Below the pieces are notes generated by a model. It made no database searches. It saw only the letters and a list, made by a program, of their open reading frames with translations, and was not told where the DNA came from. A stretch of DNA of 64,000 bases from Methanobacteriota archaeon (lineage in GTDB: Archaea; Methanobacteriota; Methanobacteria; Methanobacteriales; Methanobacteriaceae): the NCBI GenBank assembly GCA_963787255.1, contig CAWBCJ010000029.1, positions 800,001 to 864,000 on the forward strand, given 5' to 3'. Positions 11,186-23,333 of this stretch are shown here, one piece after another (within the stretch, counting starts at the first letter, position 1; every line of letters starts with the position of its first letter). The position numbers and the translations under genes are program-made.

Positions 11186-12136
11186 TTAAATTATTTCCTT
11201 AGTTTCATTTTTAACCACTTCTGCAGCTTTTATAAAACTTTTCCTTTCATCTTCACTCATTTTAATAGGTAATATTCCCTTAATTCCCTCTATTCCTAAT
11301 TTAACGGGCACTCCAAGACAAACATCTTCAATGTTTTCAATTTCTCCCTCTAAATAGGCACTAACAGTTAGAATCTTATTTTCATCGTTTAATATGGTAG
11401 TAACAATGTTAGAAATTGCAAAGGCAGGTCCGTATTCAGTTGCTCCTTTTTTACTAATTATATTATTCCCTGCATTTTTAACGCTTTCTATGGTTTTTTT
11501 AATGTCGAAGGGCTTGTAACCGGTAAAGTAGTCCCAAGCTGAATAGTATTCAATGGGAATACCACCAATAGATGTTGAACTAATTAATGGAACCATATGG
11601 GGTCCATGCTGACCTATTATTCTAGTATGTATCTCACTTACGTGCACGTGGAAGTGTTTTGCAATGTAATTTTTAAATCTAAGGGAATCAAGGTGGTTTC
11701 CAAGTCCAAAAACCTTGTTTTTCTTAAATCCAGAAGCTTTTAAGGCCACATAGGTCATTATATCGACAGGATTGGTTATTACGAGTATTATTGAATCTGG
11801 AGCAACTTCTGCAATTTTCTTTGAATATTCTGCTACTATTTGTGCATTTTGAACTCCAAGATCTTCTCTTTCCATCCCCGGCTTTCTTGAAGCTCCGGCA
11901 GCTAAAACTACAACACTGGATCCTGCAATATCTTCAAGTTCGCAGGAAGTTTTTATAGATACATAAATTCCCTTTGCAGCCAGTGCATCATAAATGTCCA
12001 GAGATTCTCCTTGTATTTTGCATAAGCTTTCATCTCGGGCAATAAGCACTAATCTATTTACAGAATTCTCTTCAGCCAGGCAGAAGGCTGCTGCCCTGCC
12101 TACTCTTCCTGTTGCACCAATTATACTAACTTTCAA
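11186..12136 (-). CDS. mdh: LDH-like malate dehydrogenase
   Basis: IIGATGRVG, RKPGMER, ITNPVD, LDSLRF, GQHG, KKGATEYGP. Confidence 0.9.
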   Translation of the reverse strand: MKVSIIGATGRVGRAAAFCLAEENSVNRLVLIARDESLCKIQGESLDIYDALAAKGIYVSIKTSCELEDIAGSSVVVLAAGASRKPGMEREDLGVQNAQIVAEYSKKIAEVAPDSIILVITNPVDIMTYVALKASGFKKNKVFGLGNHLDSLRFKNYIAKHFHVHVSEIHTRIIGQHGPHMVPLISSTSIGGIPIEYYSAWDYFTGYKPFDIKKTIESVKNAGNNIISKKGATEYGPAFAISNIVTTILNDENKILTVSAYLEGEIENIEDVCLGVPVKLGIEGIKGILPIKMSEDERKSFIKAAEVVKNETKEII

Positions 12137-12372
12137 AATAACACCTCAAATGAATAGAAATTAAGAATTTAGTGAAGTTTTTAAAATACTGATATCTTTC
12201 CTATTATTTATTAAAATTAATTATTATATTTTAAATAATAAAAAGTAATGGAATTTTTTTTGAAATTATTTTATATTTAAATTGATTATAACTCAAAAAA
12301 AATTGGAGGAAACAAGTTGAGATTCTTTTTTATAACAATTATGAGATTTAAATATTTCCATTACATTATTGC

Positions 12373-12933
12373 TTATTTTATTTTCTTCAATGATGTCTCA
12401 GCAACTTTTTTAACAAAGCTGCTTTTATCTTCAAGTGCTTTATTTAAGGGTCCAATAGCTCGAGGGTCACCTAATTCTCCCAGGGAATATGCTGCTCCAC
12501 TCCTTACAAAACCACTTTCATCATCTAATAATCCTACAAGTGGTTCAAATGCTTCTTTATTTTTTATTTTTCCAAGTGCCCATGCTGCACCCCCTCTAAC
12601 ACGCCAATTATCGTCTTTTAAGGCATTTATAAGGGACTTTACGGCAGGATTTCCTATTTGTGCAAGTGCACCAGATGCAGCTCGCCTAACCCATTTATTT
12701 CCATCATCCATGGTATTTATAAGTGGATCAACAGCTCTTTCATCTCCAATTAGTCCAAGTGTGAGTGCTACTCCTCTTCTGACATTTTTATCAGTATCTT
12801 CTAGGGCATCAATTAGATCTTCAACTGCGGGCTCTCCTATTTCTTCTAAGAGATCCATGTTCTGGCGCTGAACGAGCTCGTCTTCATCCTTTAAATTTTG
12901 GATCAATCTTTTAATATTTTCTTCTCTTTCCAT
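12373..12933 (-). CDS. HEAT-repeat (PBS lyase-like) protein
   Basis: Repeated VRxxAAxALGxIGDxxAV units. Confidence 0.9.
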   Translation of the reverse strand: MEREENIKRLIQNLKDEDELVQRQNMDLLEEIGEPAVEDLIDALEDTDKNVRRGVALTLGLIGDERAVDPLINTMDDGNKWVRRAASGALAQIGNPAVKSLINALKDDNWRVRGGAAWALGKIKNKEAFEPLVGLLDDESGFVRSGAAYSLGELGDPRAIGPLNKALEDKSSFVKKVAETSLKKIK

Positions 12934-13280
12934 TTTTTATAAATCCCCTATTATCTGCATTTATGACAAATAAATTTACTTAAAATAGATTACTGTAGAT
13001 TTAAAATCCAAATAAGGTGATTATAATTTTTTTTTGTATGTATATTATTATGTCTTTAAAGTACATATATTTAATGCAAAAAGAAAGGATGAAAAAATCA
13101 ATATTAATTACTTTCATAATATTGATAAAAATGCATATAAAAGATTTATTTAATATTTTAAATAGAAATAGACAGATTGCTTAGATTAAAAATGTTAATT
13201 ATGCTGATAAAATTAAATAGACAATCAATTAATGGGAGACTCATTTAATATTGAAATTCCGTATTTAATTTTATTTTATA

Positions 13281-14285
13281 TTAGGCTATAACGCTGCTGT
13301 CCATTTCTGTACATTCATCTTCATTATAGAGAGCATTTATAATGTCCATAGCAATTTTTTCTCCCTTTTTATATTTAATTTCTTTAAATATATTGAGTGA
13401 CTTTTTAAAAACATCATATATCTTGTTTTCTTTACCTAATAAATAGTATATAACTCCTAAAAGAAGAAGAGAGAACGCTTCACCTTCATTATCTCCAGTT
13501 TTATGAGATACATTAAATGCAGTTTTTAAATTTTGCATGGCGCTGTAAGGCTTGTCTTCCTTCATAAAATAATTACCAAGTAATTGAAGCATTGCCACCT
13601 CTTTTTTGTAATCTTCCTTTCTTTGAGCTTCAAAAAGGGATTTTTGGAAATAACCAGATTCATATTCTGCTTTAGAAGGCTCTTTGACATTAGAATTTTT
13701 TTCAATGATTTTCATAATTTCTTCTAATTTTAGAGATATTCTTTCGTAACTTAAATGGCAGTTAAATACTTCTTTTTCTCCATCCTCGATATAAGTGGTT
13801 TTTTCAACTTCACTTCTATCATCTTTAGAAATGTCAGAATATTCTTTTTCTATTTCAGTATTTATTTTTTCTTCGTTTGCAAGTTCTATTGCTTCTTTAA
13901 TGTCACTTACTTCTTTCATTTTTTCCAGTAAATCCTCTTTCATTGAAGATCTGGCAGCTGAATAAAGGTTATATGCTGTCTGATATTTTTCCAGCGCTTT
14001 ATTCATTTCCCTCATGCTTAAGTAAACATCTCCAATTAGATCCTGTGCAAAAGCTTCAGATTCTATATCGTATAGTGATGAGTAGATATTGGCAGCTTTT
14101 TTTAGGTGAGAAAGAGATTCCACGTATTTTTCATCTTTGTAATATAATAAGCCTATGTCTATTAGAACGTCAGCTTCATTTTCCTGATATTCATGAAGTT
14201 TTTCTTCGTAATGCTTGAGTGATCCTTTCTGTTTAAGATTGTCAATTACTCCAATGGAGCGAAAAATATCCCACATAGATAACAC
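13281..14285 (-). CDS. Tetratricopeptide-repeat protein
   Basis: Two clusters of TPR-like helical repeats (EAxxLxxIGxxY) separated by an acidic linker. Confidence 0.7.
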   Translation of the reverse strand: MLSMWDIFRSIGVIDNLKQKGSLKHYEEKLHEYQENEADVLIDIGLLYYKDEKYVESLSHLKKAANIYSSLYDIESEAFAQDLIGDVYLSMREMNKALEKYQTAYNLYSAARSSMKEDLLEKMKEVSDIKEAIELANEEKINTEIEKEYSDISKDDRSEVEKTTYIEDGEKEVFNCHLSYERISLKLEEIMKIIEKNSNVKEPSKAEYESGYFQKSLFEAQRKEDYKKEVAMLQLLGNYFMKEDKPYSAMQNLKTAFNVSHKTGDNEGEAFSLLLLGVIYYLLGKENKIYDVFKKSLNIFKEIKYKKGEKIAMDIINALYNEDECTEMDSSVIA

Positions 14286-14468
14286 CTGATTTAGGTTAGT
14301 ATTATAACTAATTTTTATTCGAATAAGGATATATTATAGTATTAGATAAATAAAGATATTTCTTTAATTATAATAGAATTGATTTTACTAAATATAATAG
14401 AACAAAAATAGTAACTACTTTGATTTTTTTTAATAAAAAAGGCCTTAAAATATTTATTTGGTGATAAA

Positions 14469-15458
14469 ATGCACGATGTAGCAATTATTTCTGGAGATGG
14501 GGTTGGAAATGAGGTTATGGGGGCAACAATAAGCGTTTTAGAGTTACTGGATGTAGAATTTAATTATATAAATGCACATGCGGGTCATGAGTGTTTTAAA
14601 AAAACAGGGACCACGATTCCTGAAGAAACAGTTAAATTAGCAAAAAAATCTGACGCAACACTTTTTGGTGCTGTTACTACTGTTCCTGGCCAGAAAAGCG
14701 CTATTATAACCCTTAGAAAAGAACTAGATCTTTACGCAAATTTAAGGCCTGTTAAGTCATACCGTGGAGTTAAAGGACTTTTCAATGATTTAGATTTTGT
14801 GATTGTCCGGGAAAATACTGAAGGGCTTTATTCTGGTATTGAAGAAGAAACTGATGATGGTGCAACTGCTTTAAGGGTTATTACCCGAACTGCAAGTGAG
14901 CGGATCTGTAAGTTTGCATTTAATCATGCTAAGGAGAATGGTAGACAGAAAGTTACAGCAGTTCATAAGGCAAATGTGCTTAAAAAGACCGATGGAATAT
15001 TTAAAGAGGCTTTTTATAAAATTGCTCAAGATTTTGGTGAAATTAAAGCAGAAGATTATTATGTGGATGCTGTGGCCATGTTTTTAGTCACCAAGCCACA
15101 GATGTTTGATATTATTGTAACTACAAATCTCTTTGGCGATATTCTTTCTGATGAAGGCGCGGGGCTTGTTGGCGGGCTTGGATTAACACCATCTGCTAAT
15201 ATTGGAGAAAATAATGGGCTATTTGAGCCGGTACATGGTTCTGGACCGGATATTGCAGGTAAAGGTATTGCTAACCCATCTGCCATGATATTATCTTCTG
15301 TAATGATGCTGGATTACTTAAAAGAGCATGATGCTGCACGTAATGTTGAAAACGCCTTAAAAATGGTATTAAGTGAAGGTAAAATTCTGACGCCGGATAT
15401 TGGCGGAAATGCTTCTACAATAGAAATGGCTTGTGAAATACGATCAAAAATAGTATAA
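14469..15458 (+). CDS. aksF: Isocitrate/isopropylmalate dehydrogenase family, probably homoisocitrate dehydrogenase AksF
   Basis: GDGVGNEV, RENTEGLY, HKANVLK, NLFGDILSD, EPVHGSGPDIAG; LeuB identity not excluded. Confidence 0.7.
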   Translation: MHDVAIISGDGVGNEVMGATISVLELLDVEFNYINAHAGHECFKKTGTTIPEETVKLAKKSDATLFGAVTTVPGQKSAIITLRKELDLYANLRPVKSYRGVKGLFNDLDFVIVRENTEGLYSGIEEETDDGATALRVITRTASERICKFAFNHAKENGRQKVTAVHKANVLKKTDGIFKEAFYKIAQDFGEIKAEDYYVDAVAMFLVTKPQMFDIIVTTNLFGDILSDEGAGLVGGLGLTPSANIGENNGLFEPVHGSGPDIAGKGIANPSAMILSSVMMLDYLKEHDAARNVENALKMVLSEGKILTPDIGGNASTIEMACEIRSKIV

Positions 15459-15853
15459 AATGGAATTTTAGTTTATTTGGTACATTAAACATGCAATAGT
15501 TATATTTTTAATATAAGTGGAAGTTAATATGCTTGTAATGGATATTAAACAATTTTTATATTTAAATTAATCAGAAAGACTATAAATTTAAAGATTAAAA
15601 GCCTGAAATTAGATACATAATACTGTCTAGTTTCAAAATAAACTTTTAGGAAAATATAAGAATAATTAAATAGTAGTCACATAGTAAGTTTTATATTGAT
15701 ACAAAAACATAATTTTCTATAGAATTAAGGGTGATATTTACTGTATTATCGTTTTAAAGTCATTGAAAATGTTCATTCAGATAATTACAGATCATCTTTA
15801 ATCAACTTATAATAATGTTTAAGAAATTTTTATGATAATGGAGGTGTTTTTTG

Positions 15854-16951
15854 ATGAAAACAACAATAAGTGTAATTAAAGCAGACGTTGGAAGTGTTGC
15901 AGGACACGGATTGGCTCATCCAGCCCTACTTGCAAAATGTGAGGAATTTCTTGCAAAGGCAAAAGAAGAAGAGTTACTTATGGACTATTATGTAACAAAC
16001 TGTGGTGACGACACAGAACTTATAATGACCCATAAACAGGGTGAAGAAAACGAAGAAATCCATAAATTAGCATGGGATGCATTTTTAGAAGCAACAGCAG
16101 TTGCAAAAGAGCTAAAACTTTATGGAGCAGGTCAAGACCTTCTTTCTGACACATTTTCAGGAAACATTAAAGGAATGGGGCCAGGTGTTGCAGAAATGGA
16201 ATTCAAAGAAAGACCAAGCGACCCTGTAGTCATTTTCTGCTGTGATAAAACAGAACCAGGAGCATTTAACATGCCTCTCTTTAAAATGTTTGCAGATCCA
16301 TTTACTACCGCAGGACTTGTAATTGACCCATCACTCCACAACGGATTTGAATTTGAAATATTTGACGTAATGGAACATAAAATGGTTAAAATGAGCTGTC
16401 CAGAAGAAATGTACGATGCACTAGCACTTTTAGGTTCAATTAGCAGGTATGTTATTAAACGTATAAGAAGAAAAGACGACAATGAAATAGCTGCATCAAT
16501 AAGCACAGAAAGGTTAAACCTGCTGGCAGGTAAATATGTTGGAAAAGACGATCCTGTAGCAATTGTAAGGGCTCAATCAGGATTCCCTGCAGCTGGAGAA
16601 GTTGTAGAGCCATTCGCATTCCCACATCTAGTAGGTGGATGGATGAGAGGTTCACATAACGGCCCATTAATGCCTGTAGCACAGAAAAATGCATATCCTG
16701 TGAGATTTGACGGCCCTCCACGAGTAATGGCCCTTGGATTCCAGATTGCAGAAGGTAAATTAATAGGTCCAGCTGATATGTTTGATGACCCATCTTATGA
16801 CAGATCAAGGGAACTTGCATCTGAAATAGCTGAATATATGAGAAGACATGGTCCATTCGAGCCACACAGGCTTCCAAGTGATGAAATGGAGTACACAAGT
16901 CTCCCCGGAGTTATGGAAAAATTAGAAGGAAGATTTGAGGATATTGATTAA
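15854..16951 (+). CDS. fbp: Fructose-1,6-bisphosphate aldolase/phosphatase
   Basis: SVIKADVG, YGAGQDLL, DKTEPGAFN, YVGKDDPV, GWMRGSH, RRHGPFEPHRL. Confidence 0.97.
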   Translation: MKTTISVIKADVGSVAGHGLAHPALLAKCEEFLAKAKEEELLMDYYVTNCGDDTELIMTHKQGEENEEIHKLAWDAFLEATAVAKELKLYGAGQDLLSDTFSGNIKGMGPGVAEMEFKERPSDPVVIFCCDKTEPGAFNMPLFKMFADPFTTAGLVIDPSLHNGFEFEIFDVMEHKMVKMSCPEEMYDALALLGSISRYVIKRIRRKDDNEIAASISTERLNLLAGKYVGKDDPVAIVRAQSGFPAAGEVVEPFAFPHLVGGWMRGSHNGPLMPVAQKNAYPVRFDGPPRVMALGFQIAEGKLIGPADMFDDPSYDRSRELASEIAEYMRRHGPFEPHRLPSDEMEYTSLPGVMEKLEGRFEDID

Positions 16952-16999
16952 TTCTCAAAAATCTTTTTTTTATTTTATTTTTAATTATTTAATCTAATT

Positions 17000-17788
17000 T
17001 TATTCTAAAAACAATTTAGAAGGATTATCGATACACATTTTATTTATATCTGTTTTTTTAATTCCACATTCCTGCATGGAAGTTACAAACATTTTCATTC
17101 CTTCTACAGGCATTGGATTGTGAGTTTGACCAAAATCTGTTGCCATAATACATTTTTTTGCTCCAATTTCTTTTATTGCATCTGCAATTATATGAGGATC
17201 TAAATTATCATGCTTTTCCATGCAGGCAACAAAACAGTGTTCTAAATAGGCATATCCAGACATTTCCTTTTGTTCGTCAACTGACGCACCTACAACGCCT
17301 GTTAAAGGGTGATTAATGATTATTTTCTTGATATTCATGCTCCTTGCATGATCCATGAGTAAAAAAATTTCATCAGGCTTTAGATGTCCTGTTGCTAAAA
17401 CCAGATCATTCTGTGCAATTATATTTAGAATTTCTTCAGTTTTTTCATAATTCAAATCAATATTTGGAGCGGAAATTGTTGGAAACCATACTATTTTCCC
17501 ATCAAGAGCTGCCATAACTCTAACAGCCTCTGGATTCAGACCACCGACACTTAAATTTAAACACACCCCTCCAATCACGTTTAATCCTGATATTTCACTT
17601 GCAATTTTGGCCCTACTTGCAGTGGATTCAACGTGAGATTTAATGATAATTGCGCTCATTCTCTCTTTTTTAGCTTCAACTGCAGCATTAATGTCGTTTA
17701 ATGCTCTTGGCTTAATATCTGGAGCGGTATGGATATGGGTGTCTATAAAACCATTAATTTGGAATTTATTTCTATTATTCATGAACAA
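17000..17788 (-). CDS. Amidohydrolase-fold metal-dependent protein (DUF6282-like)
   Basis: DTHIHTAPD, IKSH, VWFPT, ATGH, NHP, TDFGQ. Confidence 0.7.
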   Translation of the reverse strand: MFMNNRNKFQINGFIDTHIHTAPDIKPRALNDINAAVEAKKERMSAIIIKSHVESTASRAKIASEISGLNVIGGVCLNLSVGGLNPEAVRVMAALDGKIVWFPTISAPNIDLNYEKTEEILNIIAQNDLVLATGHLKPDEIFLLMDHARSMNIKKIIINHPLTGVVGASVDEQKEMSGYAYLEHCFVACMEKHDNLDPHIIADAIKEIGAKKCIMATDFGQTHNPMPVEGMKMFVTSMQECGIKKTDINKMCIDNPSKLFLE

Positions 17789-17829
17789 TCGCTTTTTAAA
17801 TTAAATAAGAATTATATATGGTATTTTTT

Positions 17830-18387
17830 TTAAGACTTTATATTTTTTTTAACTTCTTCGTAAAGATTGTTGCCGTGAGAATCCATTGCAACGACTAGAG
17901 GGCCGAAATCTTTAACTTCAAGCTCCCATATTGCTTCAGGAACTCCTAAATCGATCCAGTTAACGCTTTTTACTTTTAAAATTGATTTAACATATAATGC
18001 TGCGCATCCTCCAACTGCTGCAAGGTAAACTGCATTATTTTCTTCAAGTGCACTGGCAGTGTTTTCATCCATGCCCCCTTTCCCAATTACGGCTTTTACA
18101 CCTAATTTTAAAACGCCGGGCTGGTATGGATTCATTCTGGTGCTTGTTGTGGGTCCTACTGCTATCATTTCATAATTTAAATTCTCATTTTCGCCTGAAG
18201 ACCTTATAATAGGGCCTGCATGGAAAATAACGGCCCCTTTAAGATTTACAGGTGAACCTTCGTCTAAAATTCTCTGATGGGCTCTGTCCCTAGCAGTATA
18301 AATAGTACCAGATAAATAAACAATATTTCCAACTTCTAATTTTTTAATATCCTCTTTTGAAAGCGGTATTTTTAGTTTCATGCTCAT
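17830..18387 (-). CDS. Fumarate hydratase/tartrate dehydratase beta subunit
   Basis: [41 protein letters not shown]. Confidence 0.92.
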   Translation of the reverse strand: MSMKLKIPLSKEDIKKLEVGNIVYLSGTIYTARDRAHQRILDEGSPVNLKGAVIFHAGPIIRSSGENENLNYEMIAVGPTTSTRMNPYQPGVLKLGVKAVIGKGGMDENTASALEENNAVYLAAVGGCAALYVKSILKVKSVNWIDLGVPEAIWELEVKDFGPLVVAMDSHGNNLYEEVKKNIKS

Positions 18388-18724
18388 AAATTCACCTATA
18401 TTCTTATGTTGATTCCTATTATAAATAAAAAGTAGCTTCAAGTTCATGCAGATGTAATGCCAAAATGTAATTAAGTTAATATGATTGTCGATGTATTAAA
18501 TCAGCTAATTATAATCAACAATTTTAAATTAAGTTTAAAAAACTTACTCAACAACATCTTTAATTCCATATATTTATATATTCATTTTTTAATATCTTAT
18601 TTGAAAAATGATGTTTTAAGTTTTTTGATATTTAATAAAAATATACTCATATATTGTTATAATAGTAAATATAGTGAATAATAGTTATTTTATCGATAAA
18701 AAAAATGATTATCAGAGGTTAATT

Positions 18725-20560
18725 ATGTCCAGTGACAACTTAGTAGGTCTTACAAAGTATATCATGACTCTTCCATCAACAAGGGCTTCACTTTTCAGCA
18801 TGGCATTTCTAAGCTTTATAATAGGTTGTATAGCTTCTTTAATGGAGCCATCAGCAAAAGATTCAATACTTTACAGCATCATATACGGCGGTTCAGCGGG
18901 TTTTTTAATTTTTGGATTAACATCAATAATGAGCGGGGGGTTAACTCAGCCACTATTAAACTCTTTTAATGGTAGACACATGAAAATGAAGCAGTCGATG
19001 TTTCTTGCATTTGCTTCAATGATAATAATAGGTTTTATATACATAATTGGAAGTATAGTCAGTGCATTTTCAGTTTATGAATATATTGTTGATGCACTTA
19101 TTTTCGGCTCTGCCATTATGTTTGCCTTTAGAATCATTGCTATATGGGGAACATCGAATATCAGTCTTCTAAAATCCATTGCTGTATCAGCGATTCAACC
19201 TGCACTTATACTCAGCATGGTGATAGTTATAGTCTTTTTAACAAGTATAAGCACTAACATTGGTAATTTCAGCATCATAGCTCTTTTTTTAAAGATATTT
19301 ATTGCCTCTTTGATAATGTTGATTGCAATTTATTCTCTAGTTATGATTTTAGAATCTCCAATGAGGAGAAATTTGGGTGTAGGAGGTTTAGAGCTTTTAA
19401 GCCTAACTTTAGCCCACGTTACAGAGGGTTCTTCTGCAATGGAAAACCTTTTTGAAGATATGGGCGAGCCCATTGACACATTAATAGGTATTATAAGTTT
19501 TAAGGGAAAGAAAGGCATTAAATCAATTTTCCTAGCTCCTTGTGTTCATCCAGGCCCAATAGGAAACATTGGGGGTGGAAACATGCCCACAATTCTGGCA
19601 AGCAAGTTTGACATTTTCACAATGGTTTCTCATGGCCCTTCAACCCATGATTTCAATCCAGTTGCCTCAAAAGAGATAAATAAGATAGAAAAAGTTGTAA
19701 AAGATACTTTAGATGATATGGATTATTCTGAAAATGCCAGTGAATTCTTTAGAGTTGAAAATGAAGGAGCAAAAATAGGCGCACAGTATTTTGATAACAA
19801 TTTATTGATGCTTGCTACATTCTCGCCTAAAGGATTTGACGATATTGATTTTGGAGTGGGTCTTGCCATTATGAACCAAGCCAAATCCAGCTCCGGGATA
19901 GAAAATGTTATACTTGTAGACTGCCATAACTGCTTCAAAGGAGAAGGAGGCAGAGTTCTACCAGGTAATAAGGAAGTTTTCGAACTCATGGGTGCGGCTC
20001 AAAAAATTAAAGCCCCACAGCATCAACACAAAATGAGAGTGGGATGTGCCGGCGATCCAATGGATAAAATGTCTAAAGAAGAGGGCATGGGTGAAAGTGG
20101 GATAAAAGTAATGGTCCTGGAAGCATACGGCCCCAATAAAACTTCCCAAAAGACTGCATACATACTTTTAGATTCAAACAACATGCTTATAGGATTTAGG
20201 GAGAAAATAATAGAAAAAGTACTTGATTTAGGGCTGGATCATGCAGAAGTAATGACCACTGATACACATTACGTAAATACACTCTCTGGAGGTCATAATC
20301 CTGTTGGAAAGAAAAAACAAGACCAAATAATAGAATCCATTTTAGAATGTACAAAAGATGCTATAATTGATTTAGAAGAAGTTTCAATAGGATTTAAAGT
20401 ATCTCGTATTGAAGGGATTAAAACTCTTGGCCCTACACAAGCTACCGAACTTGTAACTACAATAAGCTCAATAGTGGCTGTTAGCAGAATATTCGCGCCC
20501 CTTATATTCATATTAGCATTATTATCCGTGTTTATATGGATATTTTACTGGGCATTCTAG
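18725..20560 (+). CDS. DUF2070-family membrane protein
   Basis: N-terminal TM bundle; [27 protein letters not shown] motifs. Confidence 0.85.
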   Translation: MSSDNLVGLTKYIMTLPSTRASLFSMAFLSFIIGCIASLMEPSAKDSILYSIIYGGSAGFLIFGLTSIMSGGLTQPLLNSFNGRHMKMKQSMFLAFASMIIIGFIYIIGSIVSAFSVYEYIVDALIFGSAIMFAFRIIAIWGTSNISLLKSIAVSAIQPALILSMVIVIVFLTSISTNIGNFSIIALFLKIFIASLIMLIAIYSLVMILESPMRRNLGVGGLELLSLTLAHVTEGSSAMENLFEDMGEPIDTLIGIISFKGKKGIKSIFLAPCVHPGPIGNIGGGNMPTILASKFDIFTMVSHGPSTHDFNPVASKEINKIEKVVKDTLDDMDYSENASEFFRVENEGAKIGAQYFDNNLLMLATFSPKGFDDIDFGVGLAIMNQAKSSSGIENVILVDCHNCFKGEGGRVLPGNKEVFELMGAAQKIKAPQHQHKMRVGCAGDPMDKMSKEEGMGESGIKVMVLEAYGPNKTSQKTAYILLDSNNMLIGFREKIIEKVLDLGLDHAEVMTTDTHYVNTLSGGHNPVGKKKQDQIIESILECTKDAIIDLEEVSIGFKVSRIEGIKTLGPTQATELVTTISSIVAVSRIFAPLIFILALLSVFIWIFYWAF

Positions 20561-20613
20561 TAATTAAGATATAGTACTTTTAAAAGAGAAAAAAACAAGG
20601 GGAAGAGTATTAT

Positions 20614-20892
20614 TTAAATATTCATGAATATAATCCAGACTATCATCCATAAAAAGAAGAAAGGCACGATACCGCTCCATAACCATCCCTTTAATCCACC
20701 TACTTCTTCTTTACCAAATAATCTTTCTGAAACCTGGCCCATTAAATAAAGAATAATTAATCCACTTAAAATTCCTAATAATTCATTTTTTCCTAGCCCT
20801 GCTATAGCTCCGTTTGATAATAAAAATGATAAGTAACCCGCAGCTATTGCAGCAATTCCATGAATTGCAGCTATTTTACCGTCTACGTCCAT
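20614..20892 (-). CDS. Small 3-TM EMC6-like (DUF5379) membrane protein
   Basis: Three TM helices, W-x-W-S-G-I-x-P-F-F motif, GGAGG RBS. Confidence 0.65.
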   Translation of the reverse strand: MDVDGKIAAIHGIAAIAAGYLSFLLSNGAIAGLGKNELLGILSGLIILYLMGQVSERLFGKEEVGGLKGWLWSGIVPFFFLWMIVWIIFMNI

Positions 20893-21307
20893 AATTTTTC
20901 CTCCACATGTTTTAACTTTATAACAATAATAATTTTCAATAAATGTTATCATCAAAAACTAATAATATTAATTCGATGACTTTTAATTTATGTTCTAACA
21001 AAAATATACTTGAGCATTTTTAATTAGAATCAGTTCTTTATATACTTTGGTTAGATTACTAATAAATGTTTTATCTTTAAAAATATAATTTTGATACTTC
21101 ATAATGATGTTATATAGTAAATGTATTGACCAGATATGTTAACTGTAGTTTATTAATAAATATTTAAGAGTAATGTAAGTTAAAATTAACCATTGCAAAG
21201 ATTAACACGTTCTAGATTCACGCAATTGAATGAGGAAGAGAGTTTCAAAATTTATTAACTATATATTTCAATGTTTCAAGAGTTTTAATATTATTTAGGT
21301 GTTATTA

Positions 21308-23284
21308 ATGAAAACAATGTCTAATGTGGATGTTTATGCTATTTGTCAGGAATTAAAAGAATTACTAAAAGGTGCAAGGGTAGATAAGGCTTTCCAGCCT
21401 ACTAAAGATACAGTTTTAATTAGATTCCATGTATCTGGTAAAGGAAGAGTTGATGTTGTCTTCCAGGCAGGTATTAGAATGCATTCAACTCAATATCCGC
21501 TTCCTAATCCAAAAATACCTCCTAACTTCCCAATGCTTCTTAGGAAATACATTAAAGGTGCAACAGTAGAAGATATCAGACAATACAACTTTGACCGTAT
21601 AATAGAACTTCATGTGAAAAAAGAACAGAAGTTTACATTGGTAGTTGAATTGTTTGCAAAGGGCAATATAATACTTTTAAACGAAGAAGGGATGATTATT
21701 TTACCTCTTAAACGTAAATTATGGAGTGACCGAAAAATATCCTCCAAGGAAGATTATAAATATCCTCCAAAAAGAGGTATAAATCCTTTGGAGTTAGAAA
21801 AGGATGAACTTAAAGAATTATTTGAAAAATCACCTACTGACGTAATAAGAACCCTTGCAAGAAGTGGATTAGGCGGTATTTACGCTGAAGAGGTTATAAT
21901 AAGGTCAGGAATCCGCAAAGAAGTGCTTGCTGCGGAAATTTCAGATGAAGATTTAGATTCTATCTACAACACCGTTAAGGAACTTTTTGAACCTCTAAAA
22001 ACATTTAATTTCCATCCTCAAATAGTAAAAGGTGAAAAAGAGGATGTTTTACCTATTGATCTCAAACTTTATGAAAATAATGAAAAAGAGATATTTGAAA
22101 CGTATAACCTTGCTGCAGATGAGTTTTACAGTAGTAAAGTAAGAGAAGACATTAAAGATGAGTATGAAGGTATATGGGGCGCGGAAGTTAATAAATTCGA
22201 GAAAAGGCTGAAAATTCAGGAAGATACTCTAGTTAAATTCAATAAAACCATTAAAGAATCAAAAAAGAAGGGAGATTTGATCTATTCCAGCTACGGGAGG
22301 ATTCAAAACATTCTGGATATTATCAAACAGGCAAGGGAAAAATATTCTTGGAATGAAATAGCTTCAAAACTTAAACTGGCCAAAAAACAGGGACTTGAAG
22401 ATGCTGAAATAATTGAATCGCTGGATAAACTGGGAAATCTCAACTTAAGAATTGATAATACTTCCATAATGATTGATGCAACTTCGCCAATACCAGAAAA
22501 CGCTGAAGTTTATTATGAAAAAGCAAAAAAGGCCAAACGTAAAATAAATGGAGTTAATATTGCAATTGAAAAAACCAAAAAAGAAATCGAAAAGGCGAAA
22601 AATAAAAAAGAAATCGAAATGGAAAGGGTAACCCTTCCAGAAAAAAGAGTTAAAAAAGAACTTAAATGGTTTGAAAAGTTTAGATGGTTCTTATCCTCAG
22701 ACGATCTTTTAGTAATTGGGGGTAGAGATGCAAATACCAATGAAATAATAGTAAAAAAATATATGGAAAATAATGATATTTACCTTCACTCAGATATACA
22801 TGGAGCACCTTCTGTTGTGATAAAAAGCGAAGGTAAAGAGATTCCAGAAACAACAATTGAAGAAGCTGCCTCATTTGCAGCATCATATTCCAGTGCATGG
22901 GCAAAAGGATATGGATCCCAGGATGTATACTGGGTTCATCCCGATCAGGTTTCAAAAACGCCACAGTCCGGAGAATTTGTCGCTAAGGGCGCATTTATAA
23001 TAAGGGGAAGCAGAAACTACATTAGAGCCGCAACACTTTTAATTGCAGTGGGTGTGGTTAATTACGAAGGCGAAAGAGTAATGGCAGGCCCGCTGGATGC
23101 TGTAAAGAAATATACAGATAAATACGTGATAATTAAACCAGGTTATACAAAAAAAGAAGCTTTAGCCAGGGGAATATTAAAAACCATCGATGAAAAACGT
23201 GTTTTTACCCTGGAAGATATGATAAGGGTTTTACCATCAGGTAAAGCAGATATTGTAGATGAGAGAAGTATCAGAAGAAGATAA
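21308..23284 (+). CDS. rqcH: Ribosome quality-control protein RqcH/Rqc2 (NFACT family)
   Basis: [47 protein letters not shown]. Confidence 0.93.
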   Translation: MKTMSNVDVYAICQELKELLKGARVDKAFQPTKDTVLIRFHVSGKGRVDVVFQAGIRMHSTQYPLPNPKIPPNFPMLLRKYIKGATVEDIRQYNFDRIIELHVKKEQKFTLVVELFAKGNIILLNEEGMIILPLKRKLWSDRKISSKEDYKYPPKRGINPLELEKDELKELFEKSPTDVIRTLARSGLGGIYAEEVIIRSGIRKEVLAAEISDEDLDSIYNTVKELFEPLKTFNFHPQIVKGEKEDVLPIDLKLYENNEKEIFETYNLAADEFYSSKVREDIKDEYEGIWGAEVNKFEKRLKIQEDTLVKFNKTIKESKKKGDLIYSSYGRIQNILDIIKQAREKYSWNEIASKLKLAKKQGLEDAEIIESLDKLGNLNLRIDNTSIMIDATSPIPENAEVYYEKAKKAKRKINGVNIAIEKTKKEIEKAKNKKEIEMERVTLPEKRVKKELKWFEKFRWFLSSDDLLVIGGRDANTNEIIVKKYMENNDIYLHSDIHGAPSVVIKSEGKEIPETTIEEAASFAASYSSAWAKGYGSQDVYWVHPDQVSKTPQSGEFVAKGAFIIRGSRNYIRAATLLIAVGVVNYEGERVMAGPLDAVKKYTDKYVIIKPGYTKKEALARGILKTIDEKRVFTLEDMIRVLPSGKADIVDERSIRRR

Positions 23285-23333
23285 AAAAATTTTTTGATAA
23301 ATGAAAATCATTTATTTTTAGACTTCTATTTTT

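Noticed and set aside
12317-12871. 184-aa plus-strand ORF with repetitive character
   Set aside because: Antisense mirror of the HEAT-repeat gene. The same applies to the many short antisense ORFs over amt, glutamate synthase, fbp and the GT genes.
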